A DNA stretch of 64,000 nt, from contig OZ316895.1 in the NCBI GenBank assembly GCA_973895155.1, positions 15,630,816 to 15,694,815 on the forward strand. Direction: 5' to 3'. The position numbers were made by a program, and so were the translations under genes. The notes beneath the pieces were generated by a model, which searched no databases, was not told the DNA's origin, and was given only the letters and a program-made list of their open reading frames with translations. The DNA comes from Marsupella aquatica. Its lineage: Eukaryota > Plantae > Marchantiophyta. This document shows, in pieces, positions 63,950 to 64,000 of the stretch. How positions within the stretch are numbered: the first letter of the stretch is position 1; every line of letters begins with the position of its first letter.

Positions 63950-64000
63950 GTAATGACAGTTGCCGGGGTACTTGAGCATTTCTTTCTAAATTCTTTGCGA

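Overview
Eukaryotic nuclear DNA from a land plant, probably a bryophyte such as a liverwort. This is inferred from the GT-AG introns, a Cys-less germin and the TE types; the species cannot be determined. Host genes: a Rubisco-LSMT-like SET-domain gene (13 exons visible, start upstream of the window), a 2-exon germin-like gene, a 4-exon Q/H-rich HMA-domain gene, intronless KIN17, and exon 1 of a 2OG-Fe(II) dioxygenase. Much of the rest is mobile DNA: a Tnt1/Tork-like Copia element with TSD, two solo LTRs with TSDs, an older LTR+PBS remnant, a 5'-truncated L1-like LINE with TSD, and a MULE-like MITE with a 9-bp TSD. The standout is a decayed ~12.7-kb TIR DNA transposon (13114-25791). It carries (i) a DUF7869/Sola-like DDD transposase preceded by three TnpA/Transposase_23-like modules, (ii) a divergently transcribed, intron-containing gene fusing a ParB-like domain to a prokaryote-type N6A/N4C DNA-methyltransferase-like domain, and (iii) an FCP1/NIF-like HAD phosphatase. 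It is also studded with roughly 35 copies of a 25-bp imperfect palindrome. All domain calls come from reading motifs by eye; no searches were run.
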